A stretch of 64,000 nucleotides of DNA from an uncultured delta proteobacterium (lineage in GTDB: Bacteria; Desulfobacterota; Binatia; JACPRU01): the NCBI GenBank assembly GCA_963712515.1, contig CAVQIG010000025.1:3620-67619 (forward strand), read 5' to 3'. How positions within the stretch are numbered: position 1 is the stretch's first letter; every line of letters begins with the position of its first letter. The notes under the pieces are model-generated. The model ran no database searches. It saw nothing but the letters and a program-made list of their open reading frames with translations, and was not told where the DNA came from. Shown piece after piece: positions 30,892-40,602 of the stretch. The position numbers were made by a program, and so were the translations under genes.

Positions 30892-33047
30892 TCTCCGACG
30901 TTCACCACGTCCTCGCGCCGTCCGTCGCCGGCGACGATCGTACGCGGGTGCTGAAGCATGCCGACGCGTTCGGCGTGTTCGACCACCACGGCGACATCGT
31001 GCCAGGCGGTCTCGGCGAGCAGGGACTCTACAGCGGAGGCACACGCTTCCTTTCGATGTGGCTCCTCGATCTCCAGGGCGTCCGCCCCTTCTTCCTCGGG
31101 GCGACGATCCGCGACGAAGCCGATCGGCTCGCCACGAGCTTCACGAATCCGGACGTCGTGCAGAGACGGGATCGTCAGCATGCCGCTCGGAACCATCCAC
31201 CTCACGGTCCAGAAGTTTCTCTGGCGCGACGTCTTGCACCAACGGATCAGCCGTCACGAGCTACGCGGATGCGACGTTGAACATCGAGATCGCGGTCCGC
31301 TTTCAGGCCGATTTCGCCGATATCTACGAGGTGCGGGGCATGCGGCGCACGCTCCGCGGCGCCTACCTCCCGCCAACCGTCGCGAACGACCGCGTCGTCC
31401 TCGCCTATCGCGGGCGCGACGCCGTCGAGCGAAGAACCTCGCTCGAGTTTTCGCCGGCTCCATCCACCCTAGGCGCAGCCAGCGCCCGATTCCTTCTCCA
31501 CGTCGAGCCGAAGCGAGAGCAGTCGATCGAGATCTCCGTCGCATGCTCCTGGTGATCGACCGACCGGGGCGCCGAAGGCGCCGAGATTCGAGGAAGCCCG
31601 CTTCGAGGCGGAAAGACATCTCGCGGGTTATCGCTCGCGATCGTGTCACGTTCGGACACCGAACGAGCGGGTGAACGCGTGGATCGATCGCGCGATCGAC
31701 GACCTCCACATGCTGACGACCGAGCTCGAGACCGGCCCCTATCCCTATGCCGGCGTTCCCTGGTTCAACACGCCCTTCGGCCGGGACGGCATCCTCACCG
31801 CCTTCGAATGCCTCTGGGCGCGCCCCGAGCTCGGCCGAGGAGTCCTCCGCTACCTCGCCGCCACGCAGGCGCTCGCCGTCGTCGCCGAAGAGGATGCGGA
31901 GCCTGGAAAGATCCTCCACGAGACGCGCGCCGGCGAGATGGCACGGAGCGGGGAGATGCCTTTCGGTCGTTACTACGGCAGCGTCGATGCGACCCCGCTC
32001 TTCGTCGTGCTCGCCGGAGAGCATCTGCGACGCACGGGGGATCTCGAGCTCGCCCGCTCGCTCTGGCCGAACGTGGAGGCCGCCCTCGAGTGGATCGAAC
32101 GCTTCGGCGACCGCGACGGCGACGGGTTCGTGGAGTACGAGCGCCGCTCGGCAGTCGGTCTCCTCCATCAGGGATGGAAGGATTCGGACGATGCCGTCGT
32201 GCACGCCGACGGGTCTCGGGCCCGCGGCCCCATCGCTCTCGCCGAAGTGCAGGGATACGCATACGCGGCGTGGCGCTCGGCGGCGGCCCTCGCTTCGGCA
32301 CTGAGCATGCCCAAGCTGGCAGGTGGCTTCGAGGCTCGGGCAGAAGAGCTCGCCGCTCGCTTCGATGCCGCCTTCTGGTGCGAGGAGCTCGAGACCTATG
32401 CCCTGGCACTCGACGGCGAGAAGCGCCCGTGCCGGGTGCGAACGTCGAACGCCGGCCAGTGCCTCTTCACCGGCATCGTCCGGCCTGACCGCAGCTCGCG
32501 GATCGCGGCCACGCTGATGGCGCCGGAGTCGTTCTCCGGCTGGGGCGTCCGGACGCTCGCGTCAAACGAAGAGTGCTTCAATCCGATGGGCTATCACACC
32601 GGGGCGGTCTGGCCACACGACAACGCGCTCGTGGCGCTCGGCCTCGCCCGGTACGGGCACGCCGCTGCGGCGCTGGAGGTCTTCTCCGGCCTCCTCGGAG
32701 CGGGCCTTTGCTTCGACCTCCAACGGATGCCGGAGCTCTTCTGCGGATTCGACCGTAACCCCGGCGAGGGCCCGGTCCTGCACCCGGTAGCTTGCGCCCC
32801 GCAGGCCTGGGCGGCGGGCTCGGTTCTGCTCCTTCTTCAGGCCATCCTCGGGCTCGAGGTGGATGGCCTCCGCGGTCGGGTGGTGCTGACACGGCCGCAG
32901 CTGCCAGTCGGGCTCGACGAGATCCGAATTCACTCCCTCGAGGTCTCCGGCTCGACCCTCGACTTCGTGGTCTGCGGCGAGCGACGCGACGTCATGGTGA
33001 AGGTTTTGCGCTGCGAAGGGAACGTTCAGCTCATCGTCGTGCCGTAA
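30888..33047 (+). pseudogene. glycogen-debranching-enzyme-like protein (GDE N-terminal domain plus amylo-alpha-1,6-glucosidase six-hairpin domain), three apparent +1 breaks in the N-terminal third
   Basis: The GTG start overlaps the GT4 stop (GTGA). The N-terminal blocks read LKHADAFGVFDHHGDI..GEQGLYSGGTRFLS (frame 0), MPLGTIHLTVQKFLWRDVLHQRI (frame 1) and NIEIAVRFQADFADIYEVRGM (frame 2). From about 31545 the reading is back in frame 0, continuing through the intact track ORF 31671-33047 (YPYAGVPWFNTPFGRDGIL..HQGWKDSDD..GYHTGAVWPHDNAL). The span is 2160 nt (720 codons). Confidence 0.75.
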
Positions 33048-33176
33048 ACAACTTCATCACTCGCCTCGGTCCTTCATTCTCCGAGCCATTCACTGTGGTT
33101 GAGAGCGACGCGAACGCGGCAGCCGGAGCGGCCGAATAGGGCCACGAGCGCGCCTGCATGCCGTCCCGACTCGCTC

Positions 33177-34781
33177 TCACCTCAAACCGTACAGTTTCCG
33201 CTTGCGCCACAGTGTCGTGGCGTCAATGCCCAATCTTGTGGCCGCTTCTCGCAACGTCGCGGACGCCCGGATTGCTTCCTCGATGTGATGACGTTCCACA
33301 TCCTGGAGCGAGAGCGGGTGCGACGGCTCCGTCACCGACTCCCTTGGTCGTCCAAGCAACCGCTCGGGCAGCTCGTCTATGGTCATGGTATCACCGCGTG
33401 AGAGCACGACCCCTCGCTCGATGATGCTCTCGAGCTCGCGGACATTCCCCGGCCAGGAGTAGCGCGCAAGAACCTGGTGCACCGCGGGGGCCACGCGCAG
33501 ACCGCCGCGATGATAGCGGGCGATGAGTCGGGCCACGAGGCAGTCGGTGAGGCGCCCGAGATCGTCCAAGCGTTCCCGCAGCGGCGGCAGCCTGATGTGG
33601 ACCGTGCTCAAGTGGAAGAGTAGGTCGCCGCGGAAGCGCCCAGCAAGGCACTCCGCGCCGAGATCCCGCACGGTCGCCGCGATCACGCGGATGTCGGCTT
33701 CGACGGATTCACCTTCACCGCCGCCGAACCGGTCCTCGTCGAGCAGCCGGATCAGCTTCGCCTGCTGCGCCGGTCCGAGGTCGCCGACTTCCTCGAAAAA
33801 GACCGTTCCACGATCGGCCGCGCCGATCCACCTGTCGTCTCTGCTGCTGTCGAAATGGGGAAATGGCTCGTCCTCATGCCGGGGCGCGCTACGCACGGTG
33901 GGTCGGACGGTCACAAACGGGCCGGCACTTCGGGGGCTCCACTCATGAATGGCGGCGGCCAGCACATGTTTACCGGTTCCGCTTTCCCCGCTCAGGAGAA
34001 CCGCTACATCCGACGGCGCCACCTGTCGTGCGGTGGAAATCGCCGCCGCCATCTCGGCATTGGCTGACTCCAGCACAGCTGACGGGTGCGGCGCGTGGCT
34101 TTCGTACTCCATCGGCAGCTTCGACGAGTACACAAGCAGATCGTGTACCAGAGCGCTGTGATAGGGCAGCGTCGCGTTACGCCGCGCCACGTGCTCGACC
34201 ACGCGCCTGATCTCCGCCGGCGCGAACGGCTTGGGCAGATAGTCGCTGGCACCGCGTTTCATCGCCTCCACGGCGGTATCGATCGTCGCGTAGGCGGTAG
34301 TCACGACTACGGTCAGCTCCGGACGCTGCCCCAACAAGCGCGGAAGGACGTCGAGGCCGTCAACGTCGCCCAGATGCAAGTCCAAGAAGACGAGATCAAA
34401 GGCCTGCCGTTCGAGTGCGGCAGTCGCTGCATCCGACGACCCAACGGCAGTCACGTGACAGCCGATGTCTTGCAGGCACATCGACAGCGTCGCGCGAATG
34501 TTCTTCTCGTCGTCGATGACCAGCACGGTCAACGGGGCACTCGTTGATGCTCGGTAGCGATCCTGCTGCTTCGCTATCTCCAGCTGCGCTCTACCTTCAC
34601 TGGGCGCCGTCGAACCTGGTGGCGCTACTGCCCGTGATTTGCGGTCGTGGTCGTGGATCAATGAGCCTTTCGAGAAGCCGCCCGAGATCCCCCAGGCCGT
34701 CCAGAGACAAGCCGTCATAGCTCGGACGGCAAGACCCACGACCCAAGACGGTCGAGGGTGCTGACCCACTCTGCTGTCCAA
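33177..34781 (-). CDS. NtrC-family response regulator with degenerate AAA+ domain (no GAFTGA) and C-terminal Fis-type HTH; start uncertain
   Basis: Contains a receiver domain (LTVLVIDDEKNIRATL..DLVFLDLHLGDVDG..KPF), a Walker A (LLSGESGTGKH) and an HTH tail (REAATRLGIDATTLWRKRKLYGL). The segment that aligns with ESELFGHVKGAFTGA in the paralog at 39213 reads EDEPFPHFDSSRDD, in frame. An alternative TTG start at 34532 gives MTVLVIDDE. The upstream 83 codons of the track ORF are doubtful. Confidence 0.75.
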   Translation of the reverse strand: MDSRVGQHPRPSWVVGLAVRAMTACLWTAWGISGGFSKGSLIHDHDRKSRAVAPPGSTAPSEGRAQLEIAKQQDRYRASTSAPLTVLVIDDEKNIRATLSMCLQDIGCHVTAVGSSDAATAALERQAFDLVFLDLHLGDVDGLDVLPRLLGQRPELTVVVTTAYATIDTAVEAMKRGASDYLPKPFAPAEIRRVVEHVARRNATLPYHSALVHDLLVYSSKLPMEYESHAPHPSAVLESANAEMAAAISTARQVAPSDVAVLLSGESGTGKHVLAAAIHEWSPRSAGPFVTVRPTVRSAPRHEDEPFPHFDSSRDDRWIGAADRGTVFFEEVGDLGPAQQAKLIRLLDEDRFGGGEGESVEADIRVIAATVRDLGAECLAGRFRGDLLFHLSTVHIRLPPLRERLDDLGRLTDCLVARLIARYHRGGLRVAPAVHQVLARYSWPGNVRELESIIERGVVLSRGDTMTIDELPERLLGRPRESVTEPSHPLSLQDVERHHIEEAIRASATLREAATRLGIDATTLWRKRKLYGLR

Positions 34782-34842
34782 ACTAGCCGGAGATCGGCCT
34801 CATTCACGGCTACCCACGCATCTTTCATGCCACACATCGAAT

Positions 34843-34867
34843 CCAGTGATCGCAACGCGATCACTGG
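34843..34867. promoter_or_regulatory. perfect palindrome (11-bp arms, 3-nt spacer)
   Basis: CCAGTGATCGC-AAC-GCGATCACTGG, in the lower-GC intergenic region between the divergent genes at 34781 and 35153. Confidence 0.35.
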
Positions 34868-35152
34868 CTCACGCCGCCTCGGTCCTTTAATCTGCAAGCC
34901 CTCCATTTCATTGTGGTGGAAGGCGGCGCGAAGTGAGTAGCAAAAGCGGCCGGGTCTGCCTCACGACATCCGTTCGGCATGGCGTGATGCTCATCGGCTG
35001 CCGAGATGGCGGATAGCCCGAGCAGAGGCGCGATTGTCGCGTAACGTTCGGTAGCTATATTCTGGCAGCTGCCCCCGTCGAATAGCGCGGTGTACGCGCG
35101 GCGGCTCTCCGTGGGCTTACGTCAGCGTGGCGACGTCGGTGGAAAGGGCATC

Positions 35153-36100
35153 ATGACGATCAGGCCCGGCATCAGGGACCTTCTTTGGATGACCGCTGGA
35201 GCGGCGATGCTCCTTCTGGTCACGCTGTCGGCGCTATACTTTCGCCAAGAACAGACTCCCGCCGAACAGCTCGCTTTCAAGGCCAGAAGGGTCGACGTCG
35301 TGGGGGGGATGCGCTCGGGCCTGGCCGCGGCCTCAGAAGCCGAAAAGAGCGCCGTGATGGCTCTCGCCGACCAAGACTCGCAGACCTACTCCGACCAGGC
35401 CCGTGCCGCCACAGCGGAAGTCGAGCGCGGGCGCAAGGAACTGGGAGAACTCTTGAGCACGGGTGGTACCCAGGGCGAGAAGGATCTTCTTGACCAATTC
35501 TCTCGAGCCTTCACCGAATTTCAGCGCATCGACGGCGAACTGCTGGCATTGGCGGTCAGGAACACTAACCTGAAGGCCTACGGCCTGGCATTTGGGCCCG
35601 CCGCGGAAGCGCTCGAAGAAATGGACACCGCCCTTTCCCGTCTCGTGACGAAGAGCGCCGCCTGGCCAGACGCCAGGAACGTCATGTTGCTTGCCTTCGG
35701 TGCCGAGACCGCCGCGCTCCGCATACAGGCCCTGCTTGCCCCCCACATCGCAGAAGAAAGCGACAAGAAGATGGACGAGCTCGAAGCGGTGATGGCCAAA
35801 GAGGATCAGCAGGTGCACGACGATCTAGATCGCCTCGCGGCGCTTCCGAACGTTGGCGGGGACCCGGATCTCGAGACGGCTTCATCGAGCTACGCCCGGT
35901 TCAGCAAGGTAAGGACGCAACTTCTCGCTCTTTCGCGCGAGAATACCAACGTTCGATCCGTGGCCATCTCGCTGGGTCAGAAGCGCAAGGTGATGCTTCT
36001 CTGCGAGGGTGCCCTGGACGCATTGCAGCAGGCCATCCTCGCAGAGCCTCTGGCGGGCGCGGACTACGGGCGCTTCGGGCGGCCCGCCAAGCTTCCGTGA
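35153..36100 (+). CDS. membrane-anchored helical protein resembling a chemoreceptor four-helix-bundle (4HB_MCP) sensor module, no output domain
   Basis: Read from ATG 35153. It has one N-terminal TM helix (LLWMTAGAAMLLLVTLSALYF) followed by about 280 aa of Ala/Leu/Glu-rich helical sequence. It lies directly upstream of kdpD on the same strand. Confidence 0.45.
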   Translation: MTIRPGIRDLLWMTAGAAMLLLVTLSALYFRQEQTPAEQLAFKARRVDVVGGMRSGLAAASEAEKSAVMALADQDSQTYSDQARAATAEVERGRKELGELLSTGGTQGEKDLLDQFSRAFTEFQRIDGELLALAVRNTNLKAYGLAFGPAAEALEEMDTALSRLVTKSAAWPDARNVMLLAFGAETAALRIQALLAPHIAEESDKKMDELEAVMAKEDQQVHDDLDRLAALPNVGGDPDLETASSSYARFSKVRTQLLALSRENTNVRSVAISLGQKRKVMLLCEGALDALQQAILAEPLAGADYGRFGRPAKLP

Positions 36101-36204
36101 CCGAACCAGATCTGCAGCGCTGAAGGCGACATCCAGATCCTCAAGGGCGCGCTTGGGCGGGCGCTCTTTGAGCCCACGTCGCCCGGTGGTACCCTCCGCC
36201 GACT

Positions 36205-39200
36205 GTGGCTAACCTCGAACAGGCGAGCGACAAGAGGCCTTCGCCCGAGGCCCTTCTCAAGGAAGCCGAGCGCGCCGAGCGCAGCCGACTGAAGATCTTC
36301 CTCGGCGCGGCCCCCGGCGTCGGCAAGACCTACGCCATGCTCGAGGCGGCGTGGGAGCGCAAGCGGCAGGGCGCGGACGTCGTGGTCGGCGTCGTCGAGA
36401 CCCACGGGCGGAAAGAGACCGAGGCCCTGATCAAGGACCTCGAGGTCATTCCCCGCAAGCGCGTCGACTACCGCGGCCGGACGCTCGAGGAGATGGACCT
36501 CGACGCGATCCTCGCGCGCCGCCCGCAGATCGTCCTCGTCGACGAGCTCGCCCACACCAACGTTCCCGGCAGCCGCCACCCCAAGCGATACTCCGACGTC
36601 GAGGAGATCCTCGAGGCAGGAATCGACGTCTTTTCCACCGTCAACATCCAGCATCTCGAGAGCTTGAACGACGTGGTCGCGCAGATCACCGGCGTGCGCA
36701 TCCGCGAGACGATTCCGGACGGCATCCTCGAGCGCGCCGACGAGATCAAGCTGATCGACCTTCCCCCCGAAGACCTCATCCAGCGACTGCGAGAGGGGAA
36801 GGTGTATGTCCCGCCGCAGGTTGAACGGGCAATCGACAACTATTTCCGCCCCGGCAACCTGACCGCGCTCCGCGAGCTGGCGCTGCGCCACGCGGCCGAG
36901 CGCGTCGACGACGAGGTGCAGGCCTACATGCAGGCGCACGCCGTCGCCGGCACGTGGGCAGTGAGCGAGCGGGTCATGGTTTGCATCAGCGAGGGGCCGC
37001 TCGCGATACGCCTCGTGCGCGCGGCGCGCAGGATCGCGGCGCGCCGCCGCGCCGAGTGGATCGCCCTTTTCGTCGAGACGCCCTCGTTCCACCGCCGCCC
37101 GGACGAGGATCGCGAGCGAGTGGGACGAGCGTTGCGCCTGGCGGAGCAGCTCGGCGCCGAAGCGGTGACGATCCCCGGGCAGGACGTCGCCACGGAGATC
37201 ATCCGCTACGCGCGGCAGCGGAACGTCACCGAGATCCTGCTCGGAAAGTCATTGCTGCCGTGGTGGCGGAACCTCTTGTCGCGGTCGCCGATCCCCGAAA
37301 TCATTCGCCAGAGCGGCGACATCGAGGTCCGCGTGATCAGCGCCACGCAGGGCCTGAAGGGGCTTCTGCCGAGCCGCCGTCCGCTTCTCCGGCCGGGCTC
37401 ACCGCTCCATTACCTCGTGGCATTGACCATGGTCGGCGCCGCCGGGCTGCTCGCCAAGGTCCTGCAGTCGCTGGTCCAGCTGCCCGATCCCTCGATGCTG
37501 TTCCTCACCGCGGTCCTCGTCACGGCGGTCGTCGGGGGCCTCATCCCGTCGATCTTCGCCTCGATTCTCGGTCTTCTCGTCTACGACTTCTTCTTCGTCC
37601 AACCGATCTACACGTTCACGGTCACCAAGCCGCAGGACGTCGTCTCGCTGATCGTCTACTTGATCGTCGGCGTCCTCACGAGCCAACTGACCGCCCGCAT
37701 CCGTGACCAGGCGGAGGCGGCGCGCAACCGTGAGGCGCGAACCAACGCGCTCTACGAGTTCGGCCGCCAACTCGCGGGCGCGGTCGGACTGGAGGACTTG
37801 ATCCCGGTGGTCGTTCGCCAGGTGACCGAGCTCTTCACCGGGGACGTCGTCGTCCTCGGTGTGGACGGCGATCGGCTGGTGCTCCGCGGCAGCCACCCGG
37901 CTTCGCTTTCGCCGAGCGATGCGGAAATGGCCGCGGCCACGTGGGTCTGGCGCCACAACGAGGAGGCCGGGCCCGGGACCGAGACGCTTCCCGGAGGAGA
38001 ATGGTTCTACGTGCCGCTCGCCACGGCTCGCGGCGTGGTCGGCGTGGTCGGCGTACGCACGCCGAAAGACCGCGGGGTGCTTTCCATCGAGCAGCGAGAG
38101 CTGCTCCAGGCCGTCGCTCGCCAGACGGCCATCGCGATCGAGCGCTGCCGCATCGACGTGGTTCTGGAGGAGCAGGCCAAGACCGAGCAGATCATCGAGG
38201 CGAGCGAGGACGGCATCATCGTGCTCGATCCCTCCGGCGTCGTCATCCACGTGAACGAGGTCGCCTGCGCGATCCTCGAGATGGACCGCGGGGAGGTCAT
38301 CGGGCGGCGTTTCGAGAATCTCGAGGCGCGCCACACTCACTATCTCCGCCTTCGCGAAGCCGTTCGCGACTTCCTCGAGCATCCGAAGCAGGAGCGGGAA
38401 AGATTGGAGATCTCGCTGTTCTTACGCGGGCGAGATCACTACTACGTGCTGCGTCCGACGCCGTTCCACACGCGCGACGGCACTGCGGCCGGAGTCATTC
38501 TCGCGCTCCAGGACATCACCTACGTTCGCGATCAGGAGCGCCGGCGCGAGAACCTCGTCGCCACGCTTTCGCACGAGCTCGGCACCCCGCTCACCTCGCT
38601 GCGCATGGCCGTCGAGATGCTCACCCAGCGAGCGGACAAGGTCGATCCGGAGCTCCGGTCCTTCCTGGACATCGCCAACGAGGACGTGCAACGGCTCGCC
38701 GACGTGTCGCAGCGGTTCCTCGACCTCGCCCGCTCGCGCGCCATGACGATCGCGGTCGAGCGCAAACCCGTGGAGCTCCAGGCGGTCATCCAGCGGGTCG
38801 TGAAGCTCTTCGCGATGCAGGCGAGCGAGAAAGGCGTTGCGCTCGAAAGCCCGGGGGTCGATCACGAGACGATTCCCGGCGACGAGATCAAGCTCACCTG
38901 GGCCCTCTCGAACTTGATCGCCAATGCGATCCGCTACACACCGGCCGGCGGATCGGTTCGCGTCGCCACGGAATCGAAGGACGGGGCGGTACTCGTCTCG
39001 GTCAGCGACACCGGACCGGGTATCCCCGCCGAGCATCAGGACAAGATCTTCGAGCGCTTCGCCCAGTCGGCAAGCGGCGGCGAGACGGGCGCGGCCGGCC
39101 TCGGGCTTGCGATCGTTCGCGACGTCGTGCAAGCGCACGGGGGGCGCATCCACCTCGACAGCGCTGCCGGCAAGGGAACGCGGTTCACCCTGGAGCTGCC

Positions 39201-39210
39201 ACGAGCATAG
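36205..39210 (+). CDS. kdpD: KdpD-type sensor histidine kinase (KdpD N-terminal domain, Usp, membrane, GAF, PAS, HisKA, HATPase)
   Basis: Intact 1001 aa with a GTG start. Contains LKIFLGAAPGVGKTYAMLEAA..VVGVVETHGRKETE..VDELAHTN..STVNIQHLESLNDVV, four TM helices, the H-box LVATLSHELGTPLTSL and the G-boxes DTGPGIP and GLGLAIV. Confidence 0.9.
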   Translation: MANLEQASDKRPSPEALLKEAERAERSRLKIFLGAAPGVGKTYAMLEAAWERKRQGADVVVGVVETHGRKETEALIKDLEVIPRKRVDYRGRTLEEMDLDAILARRPQIVLVDELAHTNVPGSRHPKRYSDVEEILEAGIDVFSTVNIQHLESLNDVVAQITGVRIRETIPDGILERADEIKLIDLPPEDLIQRLREGKVYVPPQVERAIDNYFRPGNLTALRELALRHAAERVDDEVQAYMQAHAVAGTWAVSERVMVCISEGPLAIRLVRAARRIAARRRAEWIALFVETPSFHRRPDEDRERVGRALRLAEQLGAEAVTIPGQDVATEIIRYARQRNVTEILLGKSLLPWWRNLLSRSPIPEIIRQSGDIEVRVISATQGLKGLLPSRRPLLRPGSPLHYLVALTMVGAAGLLAKVLQSLVQLPDPSMLFLTAVLVTAVVGGLIPSIFASILGLLVYDFFFVQPIYTFTVTKPQDVVSLIVYLIVGVLTSQLTARIRDQAEAARNREARTNALYEFGRQLAGAVGLEDLIPVVVRQVTELFTGDVVVLGVDGDRLVLRGSHPASLSPSDAEMAAATWVWRHNEEAGPGTETLPGGEWFYVPLATARGVVGVVGVRTPKDRGVLSIEQRELLQAVARQTAIAIERCRIDVVLEEQAKTEQIIEASEDGIIVLDPSGVVIHVNEVACAILEMDRGEVIGRRFENLEARHTHYLRLREAVRDFLEHPKQERERLEISLFLRGRDHYYVLRPTPFHTRDGTAAGVILALQDITYVRDQERRRENLVATLSHELGTPLTSLRMAVEMLTQRADKVDPELRSFLDIANEDVQRLADVSQRFLDLARSRAMTIAVERKPVELQAVIQRVVKLFAMQASEKGVALESPGVDHETIPGDEIKLTWALSNLIANAIRYTPAGGSVRVATESKDGAVLVSVSDTGPGIPAEHQDKIFERFAQSASGGETGAAGLGLAIVRDVVQAHGGRIHLDSAAGKGTRFTLELPRA

Positions 39211-39212
39211 CG

Positions 39213-40553
39213 ATGGCGTCGATCCTGGTCGTCGACGACGAGAAGAACATCCGAACGATCTTCGCGAGCTACGTGCGCGCCCGCGGACACGCGACCGAGG
39301 TCGCCGCCGACGGTGCGGCGGCGCTCGAGATCCTTCGCCGCGGCAACGTCGACGTCGTGTTCTCCGATGTCCGCATGGCCGGACTCGATGGTCTCGCGCT
39401 GCTGCGTGAAATCCGCAGTCGCTGGCCGGAGATCGTCGTCGTACTGATGACGGCCTACGCGACCGTCGCACAGGCCGTCGAGGCGATGCGAGCGGGAGCA
39501 TACGACTACCTGGTCAAGCCATTCTCCGTCGAGGAGGTCGGCCTGACGCTCGATCGAATTCTCGAGGTGCTTTCGCTCCGTCGCGAGAACCGCGTACTGC
39601 GCAGCGTCCTCGATCGACCCGTGCTTCTCGAATCGCGGAACGCGAAGATGAAGCGGGTGATCGAGACCGCTCAACAGGCCGCCGCCTCGGACGCAACCCT
39701 CCTGTTGACCGGCGAGAGCGGTACGGGGAAAGGCGTGCTGGCGCGCGCGGTGCACGAATGGAGCGCGCGAGCGAGCGGTCCCTTCGTGGCGATCGCTTGC
39801 ACCACGCTGAGCGAGCATCTGCTCGAGAGCGAGCTCTTCGGGCACGTCAAGGGCGCCTTCACCGGCGCCTGGAAGGACAAATCCGGTCGCCTCGAAGCCG
39901 CAGCCGGCGGGACGGTCTTCCTCGACGAGATCGGCGAGCTCTCGGCAGCGCTGCAGGCGAAGCTCCTGCGATTTCTCGACGAGCGCCGATTCGAGCGCGT
40001 CGGCGGCGCGACCACGATCGAGATCGACGCACGGATCGTCGCCGCGACCAACCGCGACCTCGAAGCCGAGGTGAGGCGCGCCGCCTTTCGCGAAGACCTG
40101 TTCTATCGCTTGAACGTCCTGCGTATCGAGCTGCCGGCGCTGCGCGAGCGTCTCGAAGACCTTTCCGCGCTGGCCCGCCACGTTCTGGCGATGCACGCCG
40201 CGCGCTACGGACGCCCGGCGCTCGAACTGGATCCAGAAGCGGAGGCGGTGCTCGCCCGCTACCGCTGGCCCGGCAACGTGCGCGAGCTCGTCAACGTGCT
40301 CGAGCACGCCGTGGTCGTCTGCCGCGGCGATCGCCTGCGCGTCGACGACTTGCCCGATCGCCTGCACGCGCCGGCGTCGCGCGAAGAGGCGGAGCCCCGC
40401 CCCGACGACGGAAGCGTTCCCTTGGAACAAGTCGAACGACGCCACATCGAGCGAGTGCTCGCGGATTCGGCGACGCTCGAGGAGGCGGCGGCGCGTCTGG
40501 GAATCAGCTCGACCACCCTCTGGCGCAAGCGCAAGCGTTACGGCATCGACTAG
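39213..40553 (+). CDS. sigma-54-dependent (NtrC-family) response regulator with intact GAFTGA
   Basis: 446 aa from ATG 39213, 2 nt after the kdpD stop. Contains ILVVDDEKNIR..DVVFSDVRMAGLDG, LLTGESGTGKG, ESELFGHVKGAFTGA, TVFLDEIGEL and the HTH tail EEAAARLGISSTTLWRKRKRYGI. Confidence 0.9.
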   Translation: MASILVVDDEKNIRTIFASYVRARGHATEVAADGAAALEILRRGNVDVVFSDVRMAGLDGLALLREIRSRWPEIVVVLMTAYATVAQAVEAMRAGAYDYLVKPFSVEEVGLTLDRILEVLSLRRENRVLRSVLDRPVLLESRNAKMKRVIETAQQAAASDATLLLTGESGTGKGVLARAVHEWSARASGPFVAIACTTLSEHLLESELFGHVKGAFTGAWKDKSGRLEAAAGGTVFLDEIGELSAALQAKLLRFLDERRFERVGGATTIEIDARIVAATNRDLEAEVRRAAFREDLFYRLNVLRIELPALRERLEDLSALARHVLAMHAARYGRPALELDPEAEAVLARYRWPGNVRELVNVLEHAVVVCRGDRLRVDDLPDRLHAPASREEAEPRPDDGSVPLEQVERRHIERVLADSATLEEAAARLGISSTTLWRKRKRYGID

Positions 40554-40602
40554 CCCGCCGTTCCGAAGTCCGTCCACGAGCCATCGAGCAAGGAGGAGGC
40601 GA

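Noticed and set aside
28399-31044. 881-aa minus-strand ORF, the second longest unbroken ORF in this region
   Set aside because: It lies antisense to two plus-strand genes with clear glycosyltransferase motifs. Its translation is Arg/Asp/Glu/Val-rich with no recognisable family, as expected of a shadow ORF in high-GC DNA.
37941-39212. N-terminal 424 codons of track ORF 37941-40553
   Set aside because: This stretch overlaps kdpD in another frame and reads as Arg/Gly/Pro-rich text. Only the part from ATG 39213 (ILVVDDEKNIR...) is the response regulator. The same reasoning applies to the upstream parts of track ORFs 20345-21502, 17472-18950, 18761-19441 and 1273-1797.
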